The notes beneath the pieces were generated by a model. That model was not told where the DNA came from, did not search any database, and saw only the letters and a list, made by a program, of their open reading frames with translations. This document shows positions 25,678 to 27,457 of a stretch of 27,457 nucleotides of DNA, in pieces. The stretch comes from a virus. Its lineage: Duplodnaviria > Caudoviricetes. The stretch covers positions 1-27,457 of the IMG/VR virus record IMGVR_UViG_3300049015_000057; one strand, 5' to 3'. Position numbers and translations under genes: made by a program. Position 1 is the stretch's first letter. The number at the start of each line of letters is the position of its first letter.

Positions 25678-26030
25678 ATGCTGAAACGTTGTTTGGTCTG
25701 TGAATCACGCGCTATCCTGCCCCGAGAAGCCGCCATGTGTATTGTCGTGTTGCTGGGGCTGGCCGAAGACTGGGTACGGGCGAACCACATCCACCACTAC
25801 GGTCCAACCCAGCCCCCCCTCACCCCTTGGTACGGCATGCTTCTGAGTGGACTAGCCTCGATGGCCCCCAGCTATCGCTGCGCGTTGCAAGTGGCACCGG
25901 ACGTCAGCCGCTACCAATTCGGCAGCTTCAACTGCCTGTGTCTTGCGCTGTGGCGCCACCTTCAACACCGCAAAGGGTCCAACCTCAGGGAGTAACACGT
26001 CTCCTACGGATGACTGAAGCGCTCCACTAA
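25678..26030 (+). pseudogene. Terminal-CxxC hypothetical protein with probable frameshift
   Basis: CLVC at N-terminus; removing one base near 25945 restores CLCLRCGATFN. Confidence 0.55.
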
Positions 26031-26351
26031 TTTTTCTACCAAACCCATCACCAACTGACGATCCCCGGTATCCAGCCGCGATAGGAGTTCATGCAGTCGG
26101 CGTGCCTGGTCATCCGGGCGCGAACTGACCTCCGTCAACAACTCCGCTGCTTCACACTTAAAGATCGCGGCAAACTCTAGCAGTCGGGCGATATTGGGGA
26201 TCACGACGCCCCGCTCAATGCGTGACACCGCCTCATTGCCGATGCCCAATCGCTCGGCCACTTGCTCCTGCGTCAGCCCTGAACGTATTCGCTGCTTGGC
26301 AATGGCGTGTCCAACTATGTCAGCCAAATGGCTTTGATTGATTTCCGTCAC
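26004..26351 (-). CDS. XRE-family HTH regulator
   Basis: GLTQEQVAERLGIGNEAVSRIERG; GTG start 26351 with SD GGAGG. Confidence 0.9.
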   Translation of the reverse strand: MTEINQSHLADIVGHAIAKQRIRSGLTQEQVAERLGIGNEAVSRIERGVVIPNIARLLEFAAIFKCEAAELLTEVSSRPDDQARRLHELLSRLDTGDRQLVMGLVEKLVERFSHP

Positions 26352-26365
26352 GGAACCCTCCCATC

Positions 26366-26429
26366 TCAACCCAGATGGTTGGGCATCAACCCGTTGACAT
26401 GAAGGACCTTTAAGGTTGATATTCAACCC
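26366..26429. promoter_or_regulatory. Putative XRE operator / divergent promoter region
   Basis: CAACC-N5-GGTTG (26367-26381), GGACC-N5-GGTTG (26404-26418), TCAACCC x3, TTGACA at 26394. Confidence 0.55.
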
Positions 26430-26614
26430 ATAAAGCAGAACACCATCACAACACACCCAATTTCAGGCGGAACGCTTCGACAAGGTCAATCCTCGCGTGC
26501 ACTCCCACTCTGACTCCAATACCGCTACACAGCGGCATGTGCTGTAGATGATAGCCCCCCATTGAATACCTTTTGAAACTCTCTCAATCAACCCATAGCC
26601 CAAATGGAATTCAC

Positions 26615-26924
26615 ATGAAAAGATTCATGATTGCCGCAACTCTACTGCTCACCACTGCAGTGCACGCTGAAGAACTTATGTACTACGAACGACCAGCCTT
26701 TATGGCGGAAACCATGCCGCTGAAAATCGAATGCAAATTCGCTCGTGCGTACACCTTCACCTGCTTCGAAAAGTATGAACTGCCAGGCATGGTAAATGCG
26801 AAGGTAGTCAATACTTCTGGCGGTAATCTACGGGTAAAGCAAGTACCCACTACCTATGTCGCTACCTGCGCGCAAGGCATGTGCGCTAGTCAGCGCGACC
26901 AGTCACCAGTAGGGGATGTCGATT
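26615..26924 (+). pseudogene. Secreted hypothetical protein, probably truncated by IS insertion
   Basis: Signal peptide MKRFMIAATLLLTTAVHA; frame runs into the IS66-like end at 26925. Confidence 0.6.
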
Positions 26925-27457
26925 GTAAGCGTCCGCCCGACACCCTCTTGCTGATCAGGCCTTCACCTGCTTCTTTAACCATTGGTTGACCCAATCGCAG
27001 TCAAAGGCTGTCGGATCAAATCCATCATCCCCATACCACTCTGACATTTCTTCATGTTCGGGATGATTCGGATCCGCCAGCGCCGCCAGAAACTCTTCAT
27101 AACCAGGCACACCGCCAATATCTTCCGGCGGGCGTCTATTGGCCCCATCGATGCAACACGGCAGCTGCGGGAAAATAATCGCGGGCAAGGTTTCCTCTAC
27201 TTTGATGCGCAGCTCCCAGTTGTCGCCAAAGTCGTAGACATAACGAAACGTCTTCTTCCCGTACAACACGTTGATCAGCTTTTTACGCTGCTCGGAAATC
27301 ACCGGCGGGCCCCAATCCGGGTCAGGCACGCCGTAACTTTCACCATCAATTTCAAACTCATGCAGATGCGTGTCGCTCCAGCCAAACACAGCCTGGATCA
27401 CCTGATGCAACTTGCTCAAGGTGATGTTTTCAGGCACTGCAACTCGACGCCAGATCG
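26925..27457 (-). mobile_element. Probable IS66-family element end
   Basis: GTAAGCGTCC terminus typical of IS66 inverted repeats, 30 bp from the stop of the pRiA4b ORF3-like gene; transposase and other end not in window. Confidence 0.62.
26955..27457 (-). CDS. Plasmid pRiA4b ORF3-family protein (5' end outside window)
   Basis: IWRRVAVP, LHQVIQAVFGWSDTHLHEF, YVYDFGDNW, PPEDIGGVPGY. Confidence 0.92.
   Translation of the reverse strand, partial: IWRRVAVPENITLSKLHQVIQAVFGWSDTHLHEFEIDGESYGVPDPDWGPPVISEQRKKLINVLYGKKTFRYVYDFGDNWELRIKVEETLPAIIFPQLPCCIDGANRRPPEDIGGVPGYEEFLAALADPNHPEHEEMSEWYGDDGFDPTAFDCDWVNQWLKKQVKA

Larger units (their letters stand above)
18914..27457. mobile_element. CP4-57/P4-integrase genomic island at ssrA (right end not seen)
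   Basis: att followed by intA-like integrase, Gp2/YagK, AlpA, DUF932, XRE. Confidence 0.8.

Overview
Pseudomonas-like chromosomal window made entirely of mobile DNA, arranged as a tandem array at a tmRNA (ssrA) 3'-end att site. Bases 1 to ~18939 are the right part of an apparently intact lambdoid, HK97-type prophage. On the minus strand it carries capsid (partial), prohead protease, portal, TerL, TerS, a probable cos region, an HNH nuclease, two membrane genes, two terminator-flanked accessory genes (GvpU-like and membrane OB-fold), Q, DnaB, a DnaC-like loader, an iteron-containing initiator, Rha, DUF3077 and two tandem Cro-like genes. On the plus strand are cI, LuxR-HTH, Arc, xis and int. 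An AT-rich stand-alone HEPN gene with its own promoter sits between int and att. A 26-bp ssrA 3' fragment (18914-18939) is the junction to a second, CP4-57/P4-integrase island carrying an integrase relic, an inovirus-Gp2/YagK HUH protein, AlpA, DUF932, an XRE regulator and small Cys-motif proteins. The window ends inside a probable IS66-family element carrying a pRiA4b ORF3-like gene. All family calls come from motif recognition by eye, not database searches.
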